Shown: positions 28,436 through 42,799, counted from the first letter of the stretch. The stretch: 64,000 nt of DNA from Camelus dromedarius (GCF_036321535.1 NC_087437.1:92320001-92384000), one strand, 5' to 3'. Notes: generated by a model not told the origin, from the sequence alone. Made by a program: numbers and translations.

Positions 28436-30065
28436 CTTCTCTTAAACATCACCTTACCCACATTTAAAATAACAAATGTTTGCCTTCAGTTGTTTCCATC
28501 CAACTTGTACCCATGTCTCATTCCCATTAGAAAACGTATTTAACAGTTCAAACAAATGAGTCAGCTTAACAGACAACAATGAAAACCATTTTGGTGTCAT
28601 CAATAATTTGTAAGAAATAACTGTAAATAAAGGCTTTGGTCTTTTCCCATTTCTATTCCATTGACATTGATTAGTTTTTAATATCCGTATATACTCATAT
28701 TGTCCTAAAAGTAAACACATGATTTATAACCACATTGACTCCTTTTCTATCAAACTTTCTCATTTCTGGGTCAATGAAAAGAGAGCTAGATGGACTGTGT
28801 ATATAAAATTGTCTAAACTGAAAGGGAGAAACGCTGAAAATATGCATCTGTGAGTATATATATGCATTTTCCCCCTTTCCTTCTGCAGAAGGAAAGGAAA
28901 CTCAACTTTCCTAATAGAAACAATTTGTCCTTGGGGAATATAAAGAGGGTAATGACCAGTTCTTATTCATCAGAATGTAAGTAAATCTCTCTGGAGAAAG
29001 ATAAAACAAGTGTTTTAGTGTTTCAACCCCTGGAATGTTTCTGGATTTTATCCCCCTTCAACATTTAAAAGTGTACTTCCACAAATATAAAATCCCTTAC
29101 TATATTCAGTCATCTTTCAAGTAAAGGTCTGTCCTTTAATTCAGGTCCCAAGTTTCTGTTTTAGTTTTGTTCAGAAAGCCCTAACTGTGCAGAAACATGA
29201 AAACATTTTCTCTACAGTCTCACAAATATCACGTATCATATTCTATTCTTTTTTTAATACGTATTTGTGTTATGAGCTTTTTTAAAAAATTCCAACTTTT
29301 TTCCCTCTCATAGTGACACTCACTTTTTGTTGATCAAAAGTTAACTTTTTATTTTAGATGTCTCTGGTCTTTGCAAAAACTCTTCTTTTAGTTACATGTA
29401 TAAAGCTCCAAGGCTTAGGGCACTTTTTTCGTTCTAATGATATCAGAGAGGAAAGGGATTGAAGATACCAAGTTAAATAGAAAATGATGGGAGTAAAAGT
29501 GGACCACAGGCTACACAATGCATCTGGGAGTGACCTGATCTCAACACTTCATCTGGAAAATGATATAAGTAGGGAAGCAGGGATGAGGTAATTTGTCCAG
29601 TGTTGCTATTTGGGGTGAAAAGCGAGTACAGTCTGTTTTGTGAGGTTTTGGTGTCATCCTTACACTCAAGGTCTTTAATCCTAGAGATTTAGGATGAGAA
29701 AAAATATTATCTCAGTAGAATAATATTAAGTTCAGAACACTTCAACTCTCAGTTGTGAAACTTAGAGGTTATAAGAAGTTAAAAAGCTAACCACACATCA
29801 GCTAGTGAAAGGGCACTGCTCCAGTGACCCAAACGCCTGATAGCCTCTTCCTCTGGGTAGGACAATGAAACCGCCCTAAACCCACACAGGCACTCTGCCA
29901 TCAACTTTTCCAGTGGTCGCTTATAGACGCTTTTATCCCAGTTGGTGTCCACAGGTCATCATGCACTGTATCAGTGGTAATCTCTCTCTCCATGCACTAA
30001 TTGTCACACACAAATTCTCTCCACCCACCAATATTCTCCACACATTCTTTCCATAAACTAACAAA

Positions 30066-30286
30066 CAGTAATATTAGCCAGTACTTCCAAAGTGCTGGCC
30101 ATGGTCCTGGTACTCGATGTGCATTACAAACTAATGATTCACGACAAACTAATTATTAGCCCTATTTACAAATGAGGCTCAAAGAGACCGAGTAACTTGC
30201 TCACAGTCCCTCAGCTGGCTGGGTCTTGATCTGAGCTCAAGGCACCTGGCCCCAGAGCCCACATTTTCCACCATTATATCATACTG
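30066..30286 (-). mobile_element. MIR
   Basis: attattagccctatttacaaatgaggctcaaagag..gtaacttgctcacagtcc..ccagagcccaca. Confidence 0.8.
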
Positions 30287-31577
30287 ACTTTCATTAAACA
30301 CAGCTCCCAAGTAATGTTAGTAAATACCTTGTACCAACTTAGACCAACTGGATGGGACAACATAAGAGAAATAGTTCAGGAGAATTCTGATATCAGAAAT
30401 CTTAACAAGAGCAATAATTTTTAAGTTTAGTACATGTATACATTCCAAACTGACCATTACCTTTATTTTCAGCTTCTGGAGAAATGGTTGTCATTCACAG
30501 AAAGTCATTTTTCTGGGGAAAAAAAGCAAAAATTTCAAATTATGAGGGTTACATTATTAAAAACAATTAACTTAATTTTTTTTTGCCTTCCTCACTTCTC
30601 CCACCATGATCTATGTTTCCTTAAAATTTTACTTAAATGTATACAGATTATTTCATAATGTTAGTATCCCTTACATTATTAAATTCTGTAAGTGTATTTA
30701 AGAAAAATATCCACCCAACTTACTATGCAAACTGTTACACAAAGAAGACAACCCCTGCATGGTGGTTGGATAACATTAACTTTTATGACAAAGCTAAAGT
30801 TTGTTTTTCGTTTTTTTTTTTTTAATTTCCCACAGCATATTATTTTGGTAAGTTTTAACACAAAATTAGCAGTTATTGACATGCAAAAAATATCCAAGTA
30901 TCTACTTATTTATTTACTTCATTAAAGATATTTAAATACTTGGTACTGGGAGTATAATGCTAAACAAGCCAGACAAAATCTCTGCATTATGAAGACCACA
31001 CGGCTAATGAGTGCTGGAAACATTAAAGCAAATTTCTTAAGGAAAATAAAAAATAAAAGTGAATAATGAAAGCCAGTATTACATTCAGAGCCAAGTATAT
31101 GAATTTTGATTCCATTCTAACAAAGTGAAAATATAAATGGCATCTATTCTCTATAGGAGGAGAGATCTGAATGCTGATAATGCCAGGACAGGTGCATCAT
31201 CACATGCGTTGTCTAACATACAATTTTATCACTTAACTGATCATTCTTAATTGTCTATGAGTTGGATCTAGAATTCACACCCCTGACATATATCATTAGT
31301 ATATTATAGGCAGCCTTAATTGATAAAATGATTAGCTAAGGTATTAAGAAATAGATTACTTTTATGGAGGTAATAATACAAAGGAAAATATCACAAAATT
31401 ATTTGAACCAAGGACTACTATTAAACCAAAATGTAGCCCATTATAGTGGGAAATTATTACCTCTCTGCCTCTACCCTGCTGCTGGCCACCATCCACCCCA
31501 AATTAGAAAAAGGATCACTTGAAAAGATGAAAAGTTCCAAAGTGTAGGACTAAACCTATTCTTTTATTTATGTTTCC

Positions 31578-31683
31578 TATTTATACATATATATATACAC
31601 ACATATATTCACAAACACATATATACACATTTATACAAAAATATATATAAATACAAACATATGCATGCATATATATATATATT
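31578..31683. repeat. Imperfect (TA)/(CA) microsatellite
   Basis: Visible TA- and CA-rich dinucleotide tract. Confidence 0.8.
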
Positions 31684-33147
31684 TAAAACAAGGAGAGGAT
31701 GGGGGTGAGTGAGGAGGCCATGTATGAGTGGAAATTCTTTCTTTCCTTGTCCTCCAACCTTGATGAGTAGAAAACTCTTTAGCTATTCTAAGCCTTAATT
31801 TCACACAGTTCCCATGCCAGCTCCTCCTCTGGGTAACTGGTCACCCCAGTACTGCACTGTCTTTGACGTCTCATAAGAGGGTGTGTTGGGGGGACCATAG
31901 CTAGTGTATTAAATTAAGAATATGCAGATTATGAACCTGCTGAATGCGGGCATACAAGCTGCCCATGCAGAATGGGCAGGTAGCTCCCTCAGCATCTGAG
32001 TCCCCACTTTGGGGACTTGAAATCCATGGAATTGTCTTGATTGAAGGTGCAATTTCAGTGCACCCAAACAAAGAAAGTAGAGTCACAAGATGGTTACTTA
32101 CATATCCCAGAAAGGGATCAGGGTGGGAGGTTGGGCACAATGAACTGGGGGAAAGGAAATCCTCTCTTCTAGGTCAAGACAGAAAGCAGGGTACCACTCA
32201 TCTATTGCTTACAAGGTGTATGGGGCTGTAGTTTTAATGGCTTTAAGTCTAAGTGGTTATTTTAAGAGGTGCCCCAGAAAAAGCAAAGTGGAAAGTGATG
32301 GCAGGAATCCTAAACCCAAGTTCTTATCTAAGTGTCCAGACTCTGGGTGTGAGCAGGGTTATCACACTGCAAAATGCTTATGCAGCAACTCGGAAAAACA
32401 AAAGTTGTTTTTCTCATCACAGAAGGGCCTATACTCTTCTTTTCTATCTACAGTCAAGGTATTTTTCTGTTCTCATGACTGAAATAAAATAAATAAAATA
32501 TGCCCTTACATTCTGTTTAGTTTTTAGAAAAAAGTTTTTTTCTAGAAACACCCTTTAATGTTCAACTGGCCCTTTTGTATATGAGGTGGCTCCCTTATGG
32601 TGCATCGTTTGGAAGGATATTGTTTTCTATACTGACTTTAATCTATGAGCAAAATTATTGAGCAACAAGCCTGATATCTAGGTTTCATATCTTGCAGAAA
32701 AATTTAAAAAAAAATGTAAGGATACATAAAATCTTTAAAAAGGAAAGAAAAGAAAAAAGAAAGGAAAGAAAGGAAAGGAAACAAAATCACTTTATTTGAC
32801 TTAAAGGAAAATGAGTGAAATGGTGGGAACTTACTGTCTTTATAGAGAAAAAAAACATTTTCTATTTTCTGGTTACACTGATATTTAAAAATCAGCCTTT
32901 GCAACAAAAGAGTGTCTTGACTCGAGGAAGCACTTTACTTCACCAGCTCAATAACTGGACAAATGAATCATAGGTGATGCGTAAAGTAGAGCACATAGGA
33001 AGGAAGAAGCTAATATAATTGCAAAATATAATAAAAACATCTGTAGAATAAGATCATACCAAAAGACCTACACCCTAAGACAGATCAAAATTTTAAGGGT
33101 TATGGCATTTCTGTCATTTTGATATGATCATGTCTTCAAGAACTAAT

Positions 33148-34540
33148 TTTTAAATTTTTATTTTGATGTAATTTCACATTTTCAGAAGAGTCATGATAAT
33201 AGGACAAAGAACTCCATAAACCCTTCATCCAGATAAATGCAACAGTTGTTAATATTTTGCCAAATTCCCTCTCTCTCCCCTACCCCTGGTTGTCTTTCAT
33301 AATACTGACATTTTTAAAGATTACAAATGAGTTGTTTTGTGGAGAATCTCATAATTTGATTTGAGTTTATCTAATGCTTCATTGTGACTACATTTAGGTA
33401 ATTCATTTCTGCAGGAATGCTACTCATCATGTTTTCATTCCCTCTCACTGTTATCTCTCTCTCTCTCATGCACAAACACACATTACTGAATTAGTTGTAG
33501 ACATCAAAACACTTTATCCACAATTATGAATTTTTTCTAAAAACGAAACAATATAAGAGCATATTTTATATAGTTACAGAAATATAATGTTGATATAATA
33601 ATTTTATGTAATATTCAATTTCTATCAGTGTTATCAATTTTTATGGTAATTTTTCCCTAATTCAGGATTCAATATAGTATCATACATTGTATTTAGTTGT
33701 ACTGTCTCATAAAAATGACGGTAAAGGATTATATCTCTACTGAAAATGTAAGAATTCATGAATAAAGAAGAAGGGAGAGATCTCCATTACATTAGAAATC
33801 CAACTTATAAATGCAGAGAAAAAACAGAGCTAGAGAATTATCCTTTTGCAGTTGTCAGAGTATCAAATGATTCAGGCAAGGACCATCAACAGTTAATAAA
33901 ACATTTGGTAAAAATTTGAAGAGAAACACAATATTTACATAGTCTAGAAGCATTTCCCATATCTTTTGTATTAATTGCAAAGAGAAAAATTTTATAGTGT
34001 AAATTTAATATTATAGTGTAAAACCTGGTGAGCCCATTTGACCAAGTAATCAAAATTAACATCACCAATGAGGGGGCAAATTGATACAATGTGCCTTTTG
34101 AACGAGATGCACTGGGAACACAACATTTATTCCTGCCAAAAATATATAATCTGACTCTAGTCATGAGGAAGTATATGTAGTCATTTGTCTAAGGGGATAA
34201 AACACTAGTCAGGACAGTAAAAATAGCTACCCTAATGGAGCTCATGTTATGAGGAGTATTGGGAAGAACAAAGGAGAGTTGATTAAAGAAAATAACAAAA
34301 TGAAATTGAAAAATTAAAAATCAAAGAATGGTCTTACATTTAGAGTCAGATCAATAGCGTGATTCCATACCAACAAAGAATAAACATAATGAAAATTATC
34401 CTCTGTTGCAGTTCAAATCTGACTGCTGATAATAATAAATCTGACAAACCCAAATTGAGAGACATATACAAAACAATGGCCCACAATCTTCAAAAACATG
34501 AATATCATAGAAAATGACAAAAGGCTGAAGGATCATTAAA
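33148..34540. mobile_element. Rearranged L1MC4/5-type element(s): minus-strand 3' part and plus-strand upstream part
   Basis: Minus-strand 3'UTR motifs at 33148-33708; plus-strand motifs at 33790-34170 and 34439-34540; 33288-33420 is an inverted homolog of 34128-34525. Confidence 0.7.
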
Positions 34541-35627
34541 CTTATCTATAACTGCAATGCTCAAAATGTTTATGCAGAAATGAATTCATACTGAGTAAAA
34601 ATTTCTTAGAAATAACCATTTTTATAGCAAGTTTCAATTAAAGTGGGTGTACACTGAGCAAACCCACAGTATAGTATCAAGGTTTTGATGTCATTATAAA
34701 CATGTTCACAACTTACTCTGCTTTGTAATGATATTTTCAAAACCCTTTAATGGATTATAATCCTGGTGATCTTGATTCACCTAATTAAACTGTGTATAAT
34801 TATCACACATTGAACTATCTCAGTAGAACTGTGTTAATTTCCAGAAACTATGAAAATATTCTAATAGTAAATTATAATAGGTGAGAAGAGATGGAATATT
34901 TATTAGTGGTTATTTCTGCTTAAGATCTAAAATATAAGTAACTATATGTTACATTAGGAATATAGCTCTATTTATCAGAATTAGATTTACACTTGTAAAT
35001 AAAATGGCTTTTAATTCAAAATGTTAATTGATAAATGAAGTAAGACTTTTTTTTTTAATAAATTTATATGACTGTTAAGTACCAGATCTGGCAAAGTTAG
35101 GTAAGTGCTGTGTGAAACAAATTGGTATAAACAACCCTTTCTTCAAGTCATAAAATCTTAAGAAAGTTATAATCTTATTCTCTAGCTCAAAAAGAAGAAT
35201 AAGTTCTCCTATGTTTTTTGTATAAGCAAATAATAATTAAAAGTTATTTTTTGATACAGAATTTCCACTTTCAACAATTTAATCAAAAAGAAGGTTTCCA
35301 GAAGGGTGGTACTAATGTGGAGGGAACATTTTGGAAATGTGCAGAATTATTTTTAGTTGACACAATAATTGATATGGTTCCAAGTATTCATGTGGCTAAA
35401 AAGACTATGAATACAATTCGTACTTTATTTGGTTCAGAACTTTACCAAGTATCCCAATTTCAAAATATCAGGAGTGTCATCAGCAATGCTGCTGATGTTT
35501 TTTGAGTTGTCAACACATACACTCACACACATACACACTTCTATCATTTATTTTGAGTTCTTGAATTTGCAATCATTTCACATGTGGATGCAAACAGTTG
35601 ACTGTTCAATTATATATATTTTTTGTA

Positions 35628-35846
35628 TAGAGATTGGCAAACTAAGTTCTTGGGCCAAATCAAGCATGCCATCTAAATGCAAATAAAATTTTACTGGAAC
35701 ATGGCAGTGTTCATTCATTTGCATTGTCTATGGCTTTCTTTTGTGCTACAATACCAGACTTGTGTAGTTACAACAGAGACTACATGGATGACAAGGCTAA
35801 AAATTATTAGCATCTGGCCCTTTATGGAAAAGTGTGCACACCTATG
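35628..35846 (-). mobile_element. hAT-Charlie MITE (MER58A-like)
   Basis: ggcaaact..gggccaaatc..aaataaaattttactggaaca..attgtctatggct..tctggccctttatggaaaagt. Confidence 0.8.
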
Positions 35847-36289
35847 TTCTAGTGTATCATTCTCAAGCATTTATGTATTTACATTTATATTATTTCAGTA
35901 AAACTTGTCTTCTCTTTATTTCTCCATTATATTGTATTATGATATCATATAAACTTTTAAACATTGTTTGTGTTCTCTTAACATATGTGTGAATTTCATT
36001 TCAGGATAAGAAAGGAAGCATTATGAAATATATGCTACATGAAAGGAGTTTGGGGACTGATAGAATTGTAAGTACACTAAGAGAAGTGTCAGAGATAAAC
36101 AAAAATCATTAAGTATAAGAATTAGTACAGTTTTAGTTTTAATTGTAAACACTTGAGAATAGAAAAAAATCCACTATTTAAAGCATATATAAACAAAATA
36201 TGGCATATCCATATAATGGGATAATCTGTCCATCCAAATATAGTTGTGGAAACATATTTAAAGACATGGAATTTTATACATGATCTATT

Positions 36290-38108
36290 CTTTTTTAATT
36301 TTTAAAATCTTTTAGAGTATTGTTAAGTATACACATTGTTATATAAAAAAATCTCTAGAACTTTTCCATCTTCCATGACTGAAACTCTATACTCATGAAA
36401 CAATTCACCATTTCCCTGTCTGTCCAGCCCATAGAAACTAGCATTCTACTTCCTGTCTCTATGAGTTTGATTACCTTAGATAACTTATATAAATGGAATC
36501 ATGCAATATTTGTCTTAATGTCACTGACTTATTTCACTTAGCATAATGTCCTCAAGATTCATCCATCGTTGTAGCACAAGAGTTCATTCTTTTTTATGGT
36601 TGAATACTATTCCATTCTGTGAGTATATCATACTCTTCTCATCTATTCCATGTAGATGTAGGATACTTTCATGTCTTGGCTAGTGTGACTAATGCTGCAA
36701 TAAACATGGGTATGCAAATATTTCTTCAAACCTTTTTTTTTTCAATTGCTTTGAATATATACCCAGAATAGGATTGTTGGATCATATGGTAGCCTTATTT
36801 TTAATTTTTTGAGGAACATCTAATAATTATCCATAGCAGCTTCACCCTTTTATAATCCTACCAACAGTGCACAAGTGTTCCAATTTCTCCACATCTTCAC
36901 CAGCACTTTTTTTTAGTATTATCCACCCTAATGAATGTGAAGTGATATCTCATCATGGTTTTGATATGTGTTTCCCTGATGACTTGTCATGTTGAGCATC
37001 TTTTCATATGCTTGTTGGCCATTTGTATATTTTTTGGAGAAAAATCTATTCAATTCCTTAGCCCATTTTTAAATCAGGTTTTTGGTTGTTTTGTTATTGA
37101 GTTACAGGCATTCTTCACATATTCTGGATACTAATGCCTTATCAAAATATGGTTTACAAATATTTTCTCCAATTCCTGGTTTTCCTCTTCACTCTGTTGA
37201 TTGTTTCCTTTTCTGTGAACTGGCTTTGTACACAGGGACTTTTCACCAATCAATCTGGCTAGAGATAGGGGCATCTGAAATCTTCTGTGGGTTTGTATAA
37301 CCACAGTCTGGACTTACACATATAATTCCCCACTTAGGTTTGCTGGTTTCTTTCTCAAGAGCATGTAGTCTTGCTTTCACTGGTGTCTGTCTGCAGAATC
37401 GCAGCTTCTTTGGAGCTACAGCAGCAACCCACCCTGCTCATCTTTGTCCTCAGTGTCCCCCACACTTCAAAAGTTTGCTGGCTGCCTGTCAGCATCTGAG
37501 TCAGTCAAGACAGATCCTACTCCCTTCAGAAGCTCTCCAAAAGCCAGGACACAGGACACATGCTCCCCTTTTCCCCTCCCTGTGGGAGAAGCCACAAGTT
37601 GAGTGCCTTCTCAGAATCTCCCTGAGCTATGCCAACTGCTGTCTGTGGTACAGAGGTTCCTTTGGTGCCACAGCCAGCCACATGTGCTCTTCCTTGTTTC
37701 TGCAGCTCACAGACATCGAAAATGATGCCGTTTCCATTCAGGTTCCAGGTCAGGTGAAAGAGAAACTGATCCCTCAGGTAGTCAGAATGTAGAACACACA
37801 TTCCACGCTTCTCTTTCCTCACAGGGGAGAAGCTGCAACCTGGACTGAAATGTACCAGGTTGGGATCGGGGCAATAATGGGTAAAGAGAAAAAGTTGCTT
37901 TTATCCCCCGTTTTAATGTGGCTATTCTCAGCTCTGCACCTACCTGTGGTATTGCAACTTCTTAACTGATTTCTGGAGTTCTCCTCAAGATATTTTATAT
38001 CTTTATATTTATATAGATATATTTATATAACTTAAGAGTGTTCTTAAGTCAGTGTTGGGGAACAATAGCCGGGACTTCTCAATCGGCCCCTTTCTGATGT
38101 CACTCCTC
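36290..38108 (-). mobile_element. Internally deleted L1 (5'UTR joined to the last ~0.9 kb), nested in an older L1ME fragment
   Basis: 36290-37217 is the L1MA/MB-type 3' end; 37218-38108 is GC-richer L1 5'UTR-like sequence ending gggacttc..ctgatgtcactcc; plus-strand L1ME-like flanks at 36170-36290 and 38190-38285. Confidence 0.7.
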
Positions 38109-38317
38109 CCACACATACTTTTCAACTTGCAATTATATTGGCGATACGCCAAAACATACACTTTCTCTCACAGTACATTCTCCATTGTAATTCCTGGGTG
38201 ACAGAAATATAAAGAATTTTATTTCCTTCTACTTTTTTTTTGTATTTTTCTATCAGGATTATTGGTTACTTTTGCAAACAGAATATTTTTTGATAACTAA
38301 TATTATATCAGGCTTTA

Positions 38318-39040
38318 GACTGAATTCCCGATCTTCCTCTCCAAAAACACTCTTGCATCCACAGTCTTCCCAGATACCTTGACTTATATGGAATTTTATC
38401 ATTTCAGTTGCTCAAGTCAGAGAACTTAAAGCTTTCCTTGAAATATTTTCCTCTCTTACACTCCATACCCAGACTTGCAGGAAATGCCATTGACTCTAGA
38501 TTTATAATTCATCCATAAAACAAACAATTCACACTACCTCAATTGCTCCCACCCTGGTCCAAAGCAGCAGCATCTCTAGCTTGATAATAGGAATAAGCTC
38601 CAAACGGGACTCTGCACAGCTATCCTCGACTTCCTCAAGACAAGGAAAGCACACAAAAGATCTAAGTTGGTTAGGCCCTATAACTTCTTTCTGTCAAACC
38701 TCTCTTGAGTCAACTCACAGCAATAACCTAAGTCCTTGCAATGCTCTGCAAACTCCTACATGATCTAGACTTTTTTCTTCTCTTGAACTCTATCTCATTA
38801 CACTCTGAGCTTCTTCCTCTTCCTGTCCCTAGACCACCGATGCACATACTTCACTCCAGGTATTCCACTCTAAATGGTCTTTCTGCTGGGATGTCCTCTC
38901 TCCATATAATCCCCTGACTGACTTCCTTCCACCTTCTCAAGGAGGCTGACCCACATACCTCTGTGTAGCTCTGCACACTGCCCTCTACTCAGGACCCTGT
39001 CCTGTTTAACCAGATCTACTTTTTCTTCATTTCATAGCAA
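38318..39040 (+). mobile_element. L2 fragment
   Basis: cagttgctcaagtcagagaactta, caccctggtccaaagcagcagcatctct and pyrimidine-rich L2 3' motifs. Confidence 0.75.
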
Positions 39041-39579
39041 AAATAAATAAATAAATAATAATCAACTCCTGTTATCAACAGTAATGAAAGAAGGAAGTGG
39101 CACATTTTACATGTAATCCTACCCTGAATCTTGGATTTGATTGCATTATTCTAAAAAATGATTGAAATTGTTAACTGTGTTCTATTTTGATTAGCACTAA
39201 GTTAGTTTGTAATCACTGTGTATCTAACATCTGATAATGGGCAAACATGAATCTGTAGCTGCTGCAGCACCACGGGCATGAACAAATTGGAAAGATCATG
39301 TCTATAAATAATCATTAAGGATACACCAATGTCTACAGGTTAAATGGCCTCCTGTAGTAAGTAGACAAATGCCAGAAGGTGGTTTAAGATCCTCCCTTGT
39401 TAATAAATCACCAAGAAAAGCATCCATACAGGATTATTTAAGTTAATGTTTGATAAAATGTTACAAGGAATTCTCTATTTCTTGAGCACTTGTACCTTTC
39501 AGGTACTCCTGTTCTGACTTTTATGACAGTAAATTGACATCTCAATTTCTGAAGGAAAGAAAAAAGTCTGCAGTAAACA

Positions 39580-39783
39580 ACAAGTTCATACTCTATGGCA
39601 CAGGGAACTGTATTCAATATCTTGTAGTAACCTATAACAGAAATGAAAAAATAATGAAAGCAATATATGTATATACATGTCTGACTGAAACTGTACACCA
39701 GAAATTGACACAACATTGCAAACAGAGTACACCTCAATTAAAAAATAAACAAATAAACAAAAACTCTGAAATTAAAAAAAATA
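39580..39783 (+). mobile_element. Short young L1 3' end
   Basis: gcacagggaactgtattcaatatcttgtagtaacctata..tgtacaccagaaattgacacaacattg (shared with 63450-63610); TSD tgcagtaaaca (39569-39579 / 39784-39794). Confidence 0.85.
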
Positions 39784-42638
39784 TGCAGTAAACATATACA
39801 ATACCTATTCTTTTGATAATTCATTCAACAAACCTATGGAGCATTTAGTTATGTGGTAGCTTCTTGAATTGGAATTTGAATTCCTGAGACAAATGAGAGG
39901 ACTGGTTCAAGTAGGGAGCACGTAAGCTAGCACGGAGCCAGGCCTATACAAAGTTGCTTCAAAGTAACCAAAGTTTCCATACTATTAAAGTAAGAAAAGT
40001 AGAAAAGGACCACAAGGTGGACAAATGATAGAATAAAGTTATAGGCTAATAAACATTTAAACTTTCCCCACAGGATCTCAGAAACAATAATGATAGCCAA
40101 CATCACTGTTTATCATTTATCATAATCATCTTTTCGCCTCTTAGGTTAGTATTTGATTATATGCTAGTTTGTTTTCACTATCTCATAACTATTAAAGAGA
40201 ATGAACTTCATTTACTGACCAAAGGAAGTATTGATCCTAGGAGAAGGTACTAAATCCTACCTAGGAAGAAAATGCAGACATGCCAGCAGTGTTGTGAACT
40301 TGAAAATCAATAGACTTCTCATCTCCTGGCATTGTGGGACCTTGGCTATGTATGTGACTGCATGTGGTTTCCATAACCTGAATGCTTTGCTGAACCCTGA
40401 GTGCCATATATTTAAGATGACAGCCCTATATTTACCTTGTCAAAAATTTCAGGTTCAATATCTGGTTCACTTAGTAACTTCATATTACTGCTAGTATGAT
40501 ATGATAGACAACTCAAAAAGGGTATACGGTAGAAGAGTGATGCTTTCTTGGGGGTATCTGGAAAATATGATTTAAAAAGAGAGATGATATTTGATAGATT
40601 ATTTTCAATGAAATGAATTACTCTAATGAATTTTCAAAGACTATCATTTGTTGATAGTTTCTCATAATTGAGTTTAACAATAAAAGCAAAATATGTCAGT
40701 TTAACTAGTAAAGAAAATTAAATGGATTATTTTTTTAAAAAGCATTCTGTAGCTTCAAAATTTTATTCCTATGAAACAATAGAGACAATCAAACCTTCTC
40801 TGTCCTCTGACTTTCAGGTCTAAACTTTCTAATATCTAGCTTAAATTTTATTTTGAGTATTTTCTATCTGCACATGAACCTTCGGTAGACAAAAAAAAAA
40901 AAAAAGGGGGATGCATGTCTCTACTTTTTTTCCTTGCATGACTCTTAGAATGAGAATAAAATTTCAGAGGAAAACCACTAGTTGGTAATCAGCATATAGA
41001 ATCTAATTTCACTGTTAATTTACCCAAAATTTAAACTATTATAAAAAGAATTATAAAAGTATTAATTATCTAAAAATGTGCTACTTATATCACTTATTGT
41101 AAAACAAATAGACACTCCTATATGTCATAGTCTGCAAATCCTCTGAAACATATGTAGTGGTATATTTGTCAGATTCATAGTGGAATGGCAAATAAATACA
41201 TAACAGAAGTGTTGTATTAAATTCTAAAAGATCTATATATTTGCCGCAGAGATTTTTAATGACTTTATAAGGTCATTAGAGACTTACTTATACAAACTTT
41301 TTTTTTGAAGTTAACAATTAAAACTCCACAGTTATATCATCAGCACTTAGCCCACCCACAGAGTCAGAACATTTTTTTTATCCTAGATATAACAAGAGAT
41401 TATAGGAAGAGAAATTTCAAATCAAGAGTCAGAAGAGCTTAAATGAGGCTACTTACAGCATATTAAATCCTGTCCTTAGCAAAGACTTGCTCTACATTCA
41501 AACGTGACTTTTTTTTTTTAGCTTGAGTTTGACATTCAAATGACATCACTATAGTTCTCTACAAAAAAGACTAGTGTCTTTTAATTTCTGAAAACTCTTA
41601 TTTAGCCAACAAAATCTATGGAATTTTAGGGCCAATTTTTTTTTTTCACTTTATTTTGCTGCTGTTTTTCCCTCTATGAATGATGTATCAACTTTAATTA
41701 GCTGATTAGTAAGAAGCTACCAGCTCAAAAGGTACACAAAGTTGGATTCACATATAGAGGTAATAGTAAATATATTCAGGAGTTCAGATATTGTATATTA
41801 TTAGGGAGACTGAAAAATTTGAACAGGGGAGTAATTTGATTTTTTTTTCATTCTGATCAGGTTAAATTTGAATCATCTGTTGGTTTTGCAAGTGAAATAT
41901 CCAGTAGCAAGTCAGAAAATCAGTCTTAGAGTGGTTTCATAAAATCTCATTTTAGTAGTTAATAAAATTAAATTAAAGTTTCAAAAAAAAAAAAAGAAAA
42001 GAAAAGAAAAAGCACCATATTAGATTAGAGCAACATGTTTTACAAATTTGAAGTAAACTTATTTTTCTCTTACTCCCAAGTGGTTCTAGAGTTCTTGGGA
42101 ATTTTGATTCTTCAAACTGACGTTACAATCATGAATGGGTTTTTAGCATTGTGATTTCATTATTGTTTTGCAGCCTTTTAAAATAATGGATTTTGTGTAA
42201 TTTTCAGAAATAACGATCTTCTTTCTGTACAACTAGGCAGAATTAATATTCTATTTATCTGAGAGAAATCTACTTAGAGTATTTTCTTTGTCTCCGAAGT
42301 GAATGGTGAATGTGAAGGATATCTGCTTCACAGTCCACATTTTTCAATTATGAATATGATGATCTGTTATTCTCCACAGAAGAATTTTTTTTCTTTATTA
42401 TAAGAAAGAAAAAACTGAACTATATTACACACTTGCTGGGCATTTCCACCCTCTTCTTCCCCAAAATTATTGGCAAGTAAAATTTTATCAAAATTCAGTA
42501 AGTACATGATGACATTCTTTTCATTACAGATCATATCATAAAAGTGCTACACTACCGTGCGGGCATCGTGTTGACGAAGAAAATGTTGTGATCCAGGAAG
42601 ACATGTGTGTCTCTTTTTAGAAAATCCTTATTTACATA

Positions 42639-42728
42639 GTGTGTGCATGCGTGCGTGTGTGCATGCGCGCGTGCGTGCACGTGCGTACACACACACACAA
42701 AGGCACACACACAGAGGCACACACACAC
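42639..42728. repeat. Compound (GT)/(GC)/(CA) microsatellite
   Basis: Uninterrupted purine-pyrimidine alternation at 42639-42699. Confidence 0.9.
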
Positions 42729-42799
42729 TTTTTCTAAAAACATTTAGTAGGGTAAATACTGAAAAGCAAGTCCAAGATGATTCTTCACTTTGAATCTTA

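Noticed and set aside
31880..32510. Possible LTR or coding region (overlapping short ORFs)
   Set aside because: I could not establish termini, a TSD or a family, and the ORFs are unrecognisable
35270..35490. MER20-like MITE
   Set aside because: Similarity is too weak to support by eye
37340..37792. Longest ORF (150 aa) as a gene
   Set aside because: It lies antisense within L1 5'UTR-like monomers, starts at TTG and has no recognisable domain
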